Origin: Candidatus Omnitrophota bacterium
GTDB lineage: Bacteria; Ratteibacteria; UBA8468; MWAK01
DNA length: 45,705 bases
Assembly: GCA_043797665.1 (NCBI GenBank)
Contig: JAZDPL010000040.1
Span: 1-45,705, forward strand
Reading direction: 5' to 3'
Below, piece after piece: positions 7,423-15,751 of this stretch. Both the position numbers and the translations under genes were made by a program. The notes beneath the pieces are model-generated. The model was not told the DNA's origin, did not search any database, and was given only the letters and a program-made list of their open reading frames with translations. The first letter of the stretch is position 1, and each line of letters starts with the position of its first letter.

Positions 7423-7782
7423 TTGCTTATGGAAAAGAAAAACATCTACCATGATTTGGGTGTCAGAGTAAAAAAGATAAGAAAGGAATTAGGTATCAGC
7501 CAGGAAAAGCTGGCCTTCAAGGCCCGGATAAGTCCCACCTTTTTAAGCCATATTGAACGGGGAAGCAAAAAAGCCAGCCTCCGGACCGTGCAGAAATTAG
7601 CCGCGGCTTTAAATGTGCCCGTTCAGAATCTTTTTTCCCCACCCGGGGAACCGGTTGCCTACCTCAAGACCGAAGAAGACCTTTTCCTGCGGCGCCTGAA
7701 AGGTCTGATTGGAGAAAAGGGGGAGGATTTTAAGAAACTCCTCTATAAAATGGCCAGTTATCTGGCAGAGAGGGAAGGATAG
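7423..7782 (+). CDS. XRE-family HTH transcriptional regulator
   Basis: RKELGISQEKLA...LSHIERG...LAAALNV; start may be ATG 7429. Confidence 0.9.
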   Translation: MLMEKKNIYHDLGVRVKKIRKELGISQEKLAFKARISPTFLSHIERGSKKASLRTVQKLAAALNVPVQNLFSPPGEPVAYLKTEEDLFLRRLKGLIGEKGEDFKKLLYKMASYLAEREG

Positions 7783-7919
7783 CGGTGCGATTCCTGCCAC
7801 CAGAGACCACCTAACCACTTTTCACCTAATCTTGCGGCGACTTCACGCATTTGAACCGGAAGGTTCTATTGTAATACAATATCAGGAAAAACCGGGGCTA
7901 CCGGATTCAACTGCCGGAG

Positions 7920-9016
7920 ATGAATAAGAAATATATTATAGAAAAAGTTCGTCTGGACTGGGGGAAAATCCCGGTCCGGTTAACATTCAGTTACGGAAAG
8001 GTGGATTTTTTTCCTTCCTTATCGTCAGGCTGTATGCCGGTCAGGAAGTAGGACTTGGCGAGGTACTGGTAATCCCCAATGATTTCCTGATGTCTTTGGC
8101 CGCCTCACTGGTAGGAAGAGACGCCCGGAGTCTGGATGGTTTACTTCCTCCGACGGATAATGATGTTGACCGCATTCTTTGTGAAGCAATTTCTATTGCC
8201 CTTCACGACCTGACCGGTAAAATTTCCGGTCTATCCCTCAGTACTCTGGTTGGAGGCAGAAAAGCAGATTATATTTCTATTATGCCCTGTATTTTTCCCA
8301 ATAACCCGCAGGAAGCAGGAGAGAAAGCACACTACTTTTTCAAACAGGGCTACCGGTACCTGAAAACAAAACTTGTCGGCAGATTTGAGGAGGACCTGGA
8401 TAGAATTCGGGCTATCAGGGCGGTGGCTCCCCCGAAAGCAATACTGCAGGGAGACGCTAACAACGGCTACAAAAACTTTAAGGCCGCCGCCAGGGCGGTT
8501 AAAAAATTCGGGGAGGCCGGCCTGGATTTCTTTGAAGACCCACTGGAAGGCAGTACCGAAGACTACTGCAGGTTGAGGAAGATTGGCGGTGCCAGAATTA
8601 TGGTGGATGCGAAAGCGCGGCGTACCCGGGACCTTCTGATTACCCTGACGGCCGGAGCCGCGGACATAATTAATATTCATCCGGACCAGCCCGGCAGTCT
8701 GAGTAAGGTGGCCGCCCACGTACAGATTACCAGAGCATTTAACATTCCGGTTGCCATAGGCGGCACCGGTTATACGGGAATAGGCACCGCGGCCTACCAG
8801 CAGATGTCCGCGGCACTCACGCCGGATATGGCCTGCGGCGAAATGGGAGGTTTCTTTGACCACGGCATGCCCTGTTCTTTTGTCAGGAAACCTTTCAAGA
8901 TGGCAAAAGGATATGTTTACCTTCCGGAGACGCCGGGCAACGGAGTGGAACTGAATGAAGAAGCGATGAAGGAATTTCAGAAAGGCAGCCGTGAATGGAG
9001 ACAAAAACGTAATTAA
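7920..9016 (+). CDS. Mandelate racemase/muconate-lactonizing (enolase superfamily) enzyme, frameshifted near its 5' end
   Basis: KTK, DAN, EDP, D motifs in 8090-9016; the N-terminus MNKKYIIEKV... from ATG 7920 joins IVRL...GLGE in another frame across T7 at 8006-8012. Confidence 0.75.
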
Positions 9017-9060
9017 GCGGGAATATTCAGGCATTGACGTACCCGACCGGCAGAACGGAA

Positions 9061-9089
9061 TTGACTTGATGTATAATATGCTGTATAAT
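9061..9089 (+). promoter_or_regulatory. Sigma70 promoter of the AAA/DUF4143 remnant
   Basis: TTGACT, 17 bp, TATAAT (9084-9089). Confidence 0.65.
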
Positions 9090-9125
9090 TCACATCAAGA
9101 TAACTATTTAACAGGAAAATAAACA

Positions 9126-9598
9126 ATGAAAATCCCGAAACCCCGTTGGATAAGAACAACACTTGAGGGACCCTTATCCCGGCATAAAGTTAAGTTACTT
9201 TTTGGAGCGCGCCAAACCGGTAAATCAACCCTGCTTCATTCCCTGGTCTCATCCGACACTCTGTTTATTAACCTTCAGGACCGCCGGGAACGTTATTTCA
9301 ACAATGGGTAATAACCGAATTATGGCATCGGTGCACTTATCTGGGACGGAATTACCGGCTTTACTTCTGGCGTACGGTTTCCGGCGCCGAAGTTGATGTG
9401 GTTCTGGAAACACCGGAATCACTCATCCCCATTGAGGTGAAATGGACCGATAACCCCCGCCTGCCAGACGTTCGGCATCTGCTTACTTTTATCCAGACAT
9501 ATCCACAACAAGCGAAACACGGGTTCATTGTATGCAGGGTACCCCACCGGCTTCAAATTACTCATAACGTGACCGCGATACCCTGGCAAGAATTATAA
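9126..9598 (+). pseudogene. AAA/DUF4143 ATPase with a large internal deletion
   Basis: Walker A GARQTGKST fused out of frame at about 9290 to the C-terminus LFQQWV...YFWRTVSGAEVDVVLE...IEVK; the intact paralog at 25586 is 416 aa. Confidence 0.85.
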
Positions 9599-9619
9599 CG
9601 TGAATATTTAAGGAATTCT

Positions 9620-10144
9620 ATGCAGATTATCAGCCGGGACCCGGAAAACCGGATTTTCTACTGGGACCAGAGACCAACGCTCCTGACCGACGGAACCCTC
9701 CTTGACCTTTTCTGGACCTATGACAATCATCAGGCGATTTACCGGAATATTCATGCCCGGGAATCCGGGGACAACGGCAGGACCTGGTCGGAAATACGGG
9801 ACACCGGGGTGCCGGGACAGCCTGCACCGCCGGTATCCCTGAAAGACGGCCGGATTGCGATGGTCTACGTTGACCGTACTTCGGCGCCGGTTATTAAAGT
9901 GCGTGTAAGCAAGGACCGGGGCCGGACCTGGCCCGCAGAGACCGAAAGCCTCATCTATCGCAAAGAAAACCTGTCTCAAACTCAGAACAAGACAAGGATG
10001 CAGGATGCCTGGGCCGAGATGGGGAAATTTTCCGTGGGTTTGCCTGATACCGCAGGCTTACCTGACGGTGGGTTTGTGGCGGTTTATTACGCGGGCCCGG
10101 AGACCGACTGTACCAGTATAGAGTGGGTCCGTCTTAACGAATGA
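9620..10144 (+). CDS. Sialidase/BNR (Asp-box) protein, probably only the C-terminal part
   Basis: Asp-boxes SGDNGRTW and SKDRGRTW; 174 aa is too short for a full propeller. Confidence 0.65.
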   Translation: MQIISRDPENRIFYWDQRPTLLTDGTLLDLFWTYDNHQAIYRNIHARESGDNGRTWSEIRDTGVPGQPAPPVSLKDGRIAMVYVDRTSAPVIKVRVSKDRGRTWPAETESLIYRKENLSQTQNKTRMQDAWAEMGKFSVGLPDTAGLPDGGFVAVYYAGPETDCTSIEWVRLNE

Positions 10145-11079
10145 AAACCACCTGTTTTGCTGATTTGTCATTGTCGCGATTGATGTTGGGCACGGTCCAG
10201 TTCGGCCTCCCTTACGGTATCGCCAACCGCCTGGGGCAGCCTTCTTATAAAACGGTCCGGGATATTATCTGTTGCGCCTACCAGGGAGGGGTCAACTGCC
10301 TTGACACCGCCACCACCTACGGCACCAGCGAGGAGGTTATCGGGAAAGTACTTTGGGAATCAGGTCTCCAGGATAAGGTCGTAGTGGTAACCAAAATAAT
10401 GAGAGAGATTCCGGACAAAAACATTTCCTCAAGAGATGCGGATAATCTGGCCGGAAATGCGGTCCGGCTCTCCCTGAAGCGGTTACGCCTGAAAAGATTG
10501 CCGGTCTGCCTCTTTCACTCGGAACAGAACTTTAGATACATTGAATCTCTCCTGAAGTTACGGGAAAAGGGGGTAATCGGTCACGTCGGCGTCTCCGTGG
10601 AGACACCGTCTGCCGCCGCAAAAATCATTTCTTCCGGTCTTGCGGAAGCAATTCAAATGCCGACCAATGTTTTTGATTCCCGTTTTACCAAAAGAGGACT
10701 TTTTCAAAAGGCAAAACACAGAAAAATAGCGGTTTTTGTGAGGAGTGTTTATCTCAAGGGGCTCCTTTTCTTGAAAGATATCGAGATTCCCCCGGCGTTA
10801 AAAAGAGTTATTCCGGTTAGAAAGAAGATTCTATCTCTGGCAGACGAAGCCGGAATAACGCCGGCCGAATTAGCGGTCAGGTATATTCTGGGTATCCAGG
10901 GAACGACTTCCGTAGTAATCGGAATGGAATCATTAGAACAGACGCGCCAGAACCTGTCTCTTTTCGCCAGAGGGCCACTGGAACCGGACCTGATGAAACG
11001 TATTTCCGATGCGGTACCGGATTTGCCCGATACCATCCTTATGCCCTGCAAGTGGCCCCCATCCGAACGCCGTTGTTAA
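10141..11079 (+). CDS. Aldo/keto reductase
   Basis: LGTVQFG, DTATTYG.SE, TK, IGHVGVS motifs. Confidence 0.9.
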   Translation: MKTTCFADLSLSRLMLGTVQFGLPYGIANRLGQPSYKTVRDIICCAYQGGVNCLDTATTYGTSEEVIGKVLWESGLQDKVVVVTKIMREIPDKNISSRDADNLAGNAVRLSLKRLRLKRLPVCLFHSEQNFRYIESLLKLREKGVIGHVGVSVETPSAAAKIISSGLAEAIQMPTNVFDSRFTKRGLFQKAKHRKIAVFVRSVYLKGLLFLKDIEIPPALKRVIPVRKKILSLADEAGITPAELAVRYILGIQGTTSVVIGMESLEQTRQNLSLFARGPLEPDLMKRISDAVPDLPDTILMPCKWPPSERRC

Positions 11080-11096
11080 TCAACCGGAGGTAATTT

Positions 11097-12167
11097 ATGG
11101 AACCGTATGAACGCGTTTTAAAATCGGTCCGGCATCAAATTCCGGACCGGCTGCCGATTGACTACCTATCAACACCGGAAGCCGACCGCAATCTCAAAAA
11201 GTACCTTAAAATTGAAGATGATGAAAACCTGCAGAAAAAATTAGGGTTTGACCTCCGCCGGGTAACCGAAAGGTTTGTCGGCCCTGAAAATTTGTGCGGC
11301 GGCGCCGGCGTAAATGCAGTCGGCAGGGACTTCTGGGGTGTAGTCTGGAAACCGCAGGAGTATGGCCTGGGTACTTACAACGAGATTGCTTTCCACCCCT
11401 TGGCCGAGGCGAAAACCGTAAAAGAAATAAAAAATTATGCCTGGCCTGAATTAGACTGGTTTGACTTTTCCTGTTTGAAGGAAAAAATTGCCCGGATAAA
11501 CCGGGAAGAACGCTATGCCATCCTGTTCTTTGCCGGCGGCGCCTTTGAAACGCCCTGGTATCTCCGGGGCCTGGAACGGTTCCTGATGGACCTGGTAGAA
11601 TGTCCGGAGATTGCCGAGACAATCATAGACTGCGTGGTGGATTTTTATCTGAAGCGGACACTGCGGGCAATTGAAGAAAGCGACGGTAAAATTGACATTG
11701 TCTATAGCGGCGGTGATATCGGTACCCAGAAAGGAATGATGCTTTCCCCTGATTTATGGCGGAAGCATATCAAACCCTACAGCACCAAATTAATCCGTAC
11801 TTTCAAGGATATGGGTCTGATAACCTACTATCATTCCTGCGGAAGCATTAAGCCGGTAATCAATGATTTTATTGAAATGGGACTGGATATTCTGGACCCG
11901 ATTCAACCCCGGGCTTTTGATATGGAACCGGAAAAACTAAAGAAAGAGTTTGGAGACCGTCTCACCTTTCACGGCGGCATTGACGTCCAGGAACTCTTGC
12001 CTTTTGGCAAACCGGAAGACATAAAAAAAGAAGTAAATAGACTGATGGAGATACTCGGTTCCGACGGTGGGTACATTGTTTGTCCGGCCCATGCCATTCA
12101 ACCGGATACGCCGCCGGAGAACATTCTGGCTCTTTACGAAGCCGCCCGGCATTTCAGGAAAACTTAA
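11097..12167 (+). CDS. Uroporphyrinogen decarboxylase / MtaA-CmuA family protein
   Basis: YHSCG, LDPIQP, FHGGID, PAHAIQPDTPPEN motifs. Confidence 0.88.
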   Translation: MEPYERVLKSVRHQIPDRLPIDYLSTPEADRNLKKYLKIEDDENLQKKLGFDLRRVTERFVGPENLCGGAGVNAVGRDFWGVVWKPQEYGLGTYNEIAFHPLAEAKTVKEIKNYAWPELDWFDFSCLKEKIARINREERYAILFFAGGAFETPWYLRGLERFLMDLVECPEIAETIIDCVVDFYLKRTLRAIEESDGKIDIVYSGGDIGTQKGMMLSPDLWRKHIKPYSTKLIRTFKDMGLITYYHSCGSIKPVINDFIEMGLDILDPIQPRAFDMEPEKLKKEFGDRLTFHGGIDVQELLPFGKPEDIKKEVNRLMEILGSDGGYIVCPAHAIQPDTPPENILALYEAARHFRKT

Positions 12168-12192
12168 CCGTTAACTATTCAATAAACGCCGT

Positions 12193-12217
12193 GTAGTGCG
12201 ACCCTTTTCAGGGTCGC
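12193..12217 (+). repeat. GTAG-type REP hairpin, possibly also a terminator
   Basis: GTAG-T-GCGACCCT-TTTC-AGGGTCGC. Confidence 0.6.
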
Positions 12218-12232
12218 TTCCTTAACCATTAC

Positions 12233-12383
12233 CGTAATAGATTAGCGTCAGAAAGTCAGACATCAGACTAAACGTAGCGGGTAGATTCATCGCGGAAATA
12301 GTCGGATAAATCTGTCCCTGTGTGTAGTAAACAGGGATCCGACCGCTACATCCTCGGATACTATTTGACGCTAATGTGTTACG
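12233..12383. repeat. MITE-like element with 23-bp imperfect inverted ends enclosing a GTAG-REP pair
   Basis: CGTAATAGATTAGCGTCAGAAAG versus CTATTTGACGCTAATGTGTTACG (19/23 complementary); internal GTAGCGG...CCGCTAC. Confidence 0.6.
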
Positions 12384-12395
12384 AAAACTGAAGAA

Positions 12396-14336
12396 ATGAT
12401 GAACATGGTGGAGAAGTATGACCAGGGCTGGCGGATTAGAGCCGGAGGTCTCATTCTGGACCTGGATGCAAAGACCGGCAGTCTCTCCAATCTGCGGATA
12501 GGTAACGGCAAAGGATTTTTGTGGGCAGCCTTTCCGGGAAAGGTTACGGTGCGCGATGACCTTCTCGGGAAGACCTTTGGAGGGGGTCAGTTAAAGCAGG
12601 TTCTATTTTCTCGGCGGTCTGCCGGTTTGGAGGTAACCAAAGTTTTTGAAGGGGCGCCATGGATTCTGAAGGAATCTTATCTGATTGAGGAAGAGGCTCT
12701 CCGCTGGGAGGCAGAAGTATTTATGGAGAGCGGAGAGTTTCGTTCCTGTGCGCTCGGTTATCATCTTCCCTGGCCTCAGCCCCTTTGGCCGCTCTCTTTC
12801 TGGGCCGCCCGGGAGAATATGCCTTCCGCACCGCACCAGTTTTTCGGCAGCCGCCTGGAATACGGAGAAATTAACGGTGGGATTTCCATGCCCGCTCTCT
12901 GTTCTTATCATCAAGATAAAGACGTCGGTCTTTTAATCGCCATGCCTTTTGACTTCCGCACTCCCCGGTTCAGTTTCTTAAGTGATTATCGGCACCCGGA
13001 CCTGCGGGTGGAATTTGACTGGTTAGCGCTTGCTCCGGGCCGTTCAGCAAAGGCCAACCTGCTCTTTCGGGCAACCGGCGGAGACTGGCGGCCGGCGTTA
13101 GGCTGGCTCTATCAACGCTATCGGGAATATTTTGAACCCCGGTCAAGCCTTATCCATAGCCTCTGGGGCGGTCATCTTTGCGGCACATTTCACCTTTCAC
13201 CAGAAGAGGCTTCTACCATGGCGGCTCTTGGCCTGACCTGGTATGAAATCCATGAACATTTCCCGGCCTACGGAAACTATCATCCGGAAAAATTTTCCTG
13301 GAAACGTAGCGGCGGTTCCCCGGATGAGAGAAAAAACAAAACCCCTCGTAGCGTCAAACTCATTCGGCAGACTATTAGAACTCTTCATAACGTTGGTGCG
13401 GCCGCTTTGCCCTACATTCAAATTACCGGAGACGCCGACGCCAAAACCGTCTCTCCGAAATTCCCTGATTCTCTGATTCTGGACCGCCAGGGTCAGCCCA
13501 TCTACGTAGAGCTCTACGATGTCTATCAACTTAACTCGGACCCCTCTTTTTCTTTTGGAAAGGATGTTGTTCGGCAGATTAAGGGAATGGTGGGCCGGTA
13601 TCCTGAAATGGACGGAGTTTTTCTTGACCAGGCGTGTTACAACTGGCTGGATACCGGTCACCACGATGGAATTACCGCAGTCAACAATAGGCCCGGCTAC
13701 ATGACCGGTTTTAATTACTTGCCTCACCTGAAACTCCTCTCTTCTCTTTTACATCCCGATAAAGTAATTATCGCCAACGGTCCATTCGGTATCGGCATTA
13801 TGAAGTATATTGATGGTTTTATGGCTGAAGGTTCCGATTGGTTGTGTGAGCAGTCCCAGTATTACGGGCTTGCCAAACCGATGTTTTTTCTTGTTTATGA
13901 TACCACCGACCGGGATATTGAACTGATGTTCCAGCGCTGTCTTATCTACGCCGCCGGTTTTACCAGTTATCCCGCAGCCATAGGCTCAAAAGATCTTTAT
14001 GAAAAATATGTGCCCTTGCTGAAAAGACTCTTTCGCCGCCGATGGGTTTTTGACCCCAACCCGCTCCTTCTGCCGACCGGGTATAAAGGCGGTATCTACC
14101 GGAGTTTTTCCGGAACGCTGATGGCTACCATTGTAAGCGTAGAACCGCGTCTTGCCAACCGTATGTTAAGGGACAACTCCGTCGTGGTTCAAACTTCAGG
14201 CCTGGGGGACATTAAACAGGTTACCGTTCAGCAACCCGGAACCAAAATTATTCCGATTTCCTTCAAGAAGGAGCACGGCAAGGTTCTCTTTGATATCCCG
14301 GGCGATACGGTTGCCGGGGTGGTGGAGCTGAAATAA
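12396..14336 (+). CDS. Uncharacterised putative glycoside hydrolase-like (TIM-barrel) protein
   Basis: 646 aa; GDWRPALGW and DGVFLDQ motifs; similar to the protein at 36193. Confidence 0.55.
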   Translation: MMNMVEKYDQGWRIRAGGLILDLDAKTGSLSNLRIGNGKGFLWAAFPGKVTVRDDLLGKTFGGGQLKQVLFSRRSAGLEVTKVFEGAPWILKESYLIEEEALRWEAEVFMESGEFRSCALGYHLPWPQPLWPLSFWAARENMPSAPHQFFGSRLEYGEINGGISMPALCSYHQDKDVGLLIAMPFDFRTPRFSFLSDYRHPDLRVEFDWLALAPGRSAKANLLFRATGGDWRPALGWLYQRYREYFEPRSSLIHSLWGGHLCGTFHLSPEEASTMAALGLTWYEIHEHFPAYGNYHPEKFSWKRSGGSPDERKNKTPRSVKLIRQTIRTLHNVGAAALPYIQITGDADAKTVSPKFPDSLILDRQGQPIYVELYDVYQLNSDPSFSFGKDVVRQIKGMVGRYPEMDGVFLDQACYNWLDTGHHDGITAVNNRPGYMTGFNYLPHLKLLSSLLHPDKVIIANGPFGIGIMKYIDGFMAEGSDWLCEQSQYYGLAKPMFFLVYDTTDRDIELMFQRCLIYAAGFTSYPAAIGSKDLYEKYVPLLKRLFRRRWVFDPNPLLLPTGYKGGIYRSFSGTLMATIVSVEPRLANRMLRDNSVVVQTSGLGDIKQVTVQQPGTKIIPISFKKEHGKVLFDIPGDTVAGVVELK

Positions 14337-14365
14337 GGAGAAATTCATGGTTTACAATTCCCCGC

Positions 14366-14394
14366 TTGACATTCCGGAAATAATATGTTAACAT
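14366..14394 (+). promoter_or_regulatory. Promoter of the gntR-prepilin operon
   Basis: TTGACA (14366-14371), 17 bp, TAACAT preceded by TG; implies the gntR start is ATG 14421. Confidence 0.55.
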
Positions 14395-14420
14395 ATTACT
14401 ATAATAAATCGGACATAAGA

Positions 14421-15071
14421 ATGGGAAAAGAAGAATCTTTGGTTTTATCTGGAAAAATTAAAAACTATCTGTTAAATTCCAACGGCGGAAGAGTTAAGGA
14501 GATAGATTTAGCCCGGCTATTGGGAGTCAGCCGCGGCTCCATAAGGGATGTCTTAACGGGGTTGTTAGAGAAGGGGTTAATTGAAAGAAAAAAAAAGGCC
14601 GGCACATCCTTAAGGAAACTCACCCTGTTAGAGTTAAACGAAATTTATGATTTGAGAAGTGTCCTGGAGGGCCTGGCCGCCAGGCTCTTATCGGAAAGAA
14701 TAACTCCAGGGATTATCGGGGAATTAAAGAAAATCAACCGGGAACACCGAAAGGCAATTGCGAAAGAAGACCCTTATCTGGCAGACAAGACCGACATCGC
14801 CTTCCACGGCAAAATTATCGGCAACTGCGGAAATGCAAGACTGGCCAGGATGACCGAAGACTTCCATGTTCTCACCCGGGCATTCAAAATCAACCACCGG
14901 ATTGACCCTTTTGTTCCCCGGACCAAAACGCCTTACCCCCACGAAAAGACAATCCGTTATTTGGAAGAAATGGCCCCGGAAAAAGCCGAACGGGCCGCCA
15001 GAAAACATGTTGATTGGGCAAAAGAATGTATGATTAAACTCTACCTGAAACAGGGTGGAAAGGAGGCATGA
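14421..15071 (+). CDS. GntR/FadR-family regulator (FCD domain)
   Basis: [38 protein letters not shown]. Confidence 0.9.
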   Translation: MGKEESLVLSGKIKNYLLNSNGGRVKEIDLARLLGVSRGSIRDVLTGLLEKGLIERKKKAGTSLRKLTLLELNEIYDLRSVLEGLAARLLSERITPGIIGELKKINREHRKAIAKEDPYLADKTDIAFHGKIIGNCGNARLARMTEDFHVLTRAFKINHRIDPFVPRTKTPYPHEKTIRYLEEMAPEKAERAARKHVDWAKECMIKLYLKQGGKEA

Positions 15072-15700
15072 TGGTACGAAAAACCTGTCATTCCGTACTT
15101 GATACGGAATCTATCTTTGACTACGAGATTCTTCGGCAAAATACGCCTCAGAATGACAACAGTACCGCGTTTACCCTCATAGAATTGCTGGTTGTAATTG
15201 CCATAATCGCCATTTTAGCGGCGATGTTGTTGCCCGCGTTAAGCCAGGCCAGGGAGAAAGCCAGGTCGGCAAAGTGCATCAGCAACCTCAAACAACTTGG
15301 GTTGGCCTACTCAATGTATGCTCAGGATTATGATGAAAGATTACCAATAATTTTCGACGGGGTAAATGTCTGGATTTCACTCCTATGGCCCTATAACGGA
15401 ACTGACCAAACAAAGTACGACTCCGGAAGGAGTATCTATAAATGTCCAAGTTTCAATTATAACTATGGATATGGGCAAAACCTGAATTTAGAGGAGGATG
15501 GTGTAACCTTCAAAAATGTATTAAATTCCTCAAATAAGTTGTTGGTCGTTGACACGTATGGCGGTAGTGGCGGTTATTATGTAAGGAAGGACATGAAATA
15601 TAAACTTACGTATCGCCATAATAATGGCCTTAACATCCTCTGGATGGATTTCCACGCCGGATGGACCAACGAAAACCCAATTCCCGACGAAAAATTCTGA
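15068..15700 (+). CDS. Prepilin-type N-terminal cleavage/methylation protein (DUF1559 / H-X9-DG type)
   Basis: [32 protein letters not shown]...C.SNLKQ; C-terminal [14 protein letters not shown]. Confidence 0.92.
   Translation: MMVRKTCHSVLDTESIFDYEILRQNTPQNDNSTAFTLIELLVVIAIIAILAAMLLPALSQAREKARSAKCISNLKQLGLAYSMYAQDYDERLPIIFDGVNVWISLLWPYNGTDQTKYDSGRSIYKCPSFNYNYGYGQNLNLEEDGVTFKNVLNSSNKLLVVDTYGGSGGYYVRKDMKYKLTYRHNNGLNILWMDFHAGWTNENPIPDEKF
15086..15158. repeat. 73-bp palindromic element TGTCATTC...GAATGACA in the prepilin leader (copy 1)
   Basis: 8-bp inverted ends and internal hairpin ATTCCGTA-CTTGA-TACGGAAT; related copies at 35500 and 40826. Confidence 0.85.
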
Positions 15701-15751
15701 GGCGGCTGAAGAAAATAGAGGAGATGGGAAATTGACAACCCGGGGGGCTGA

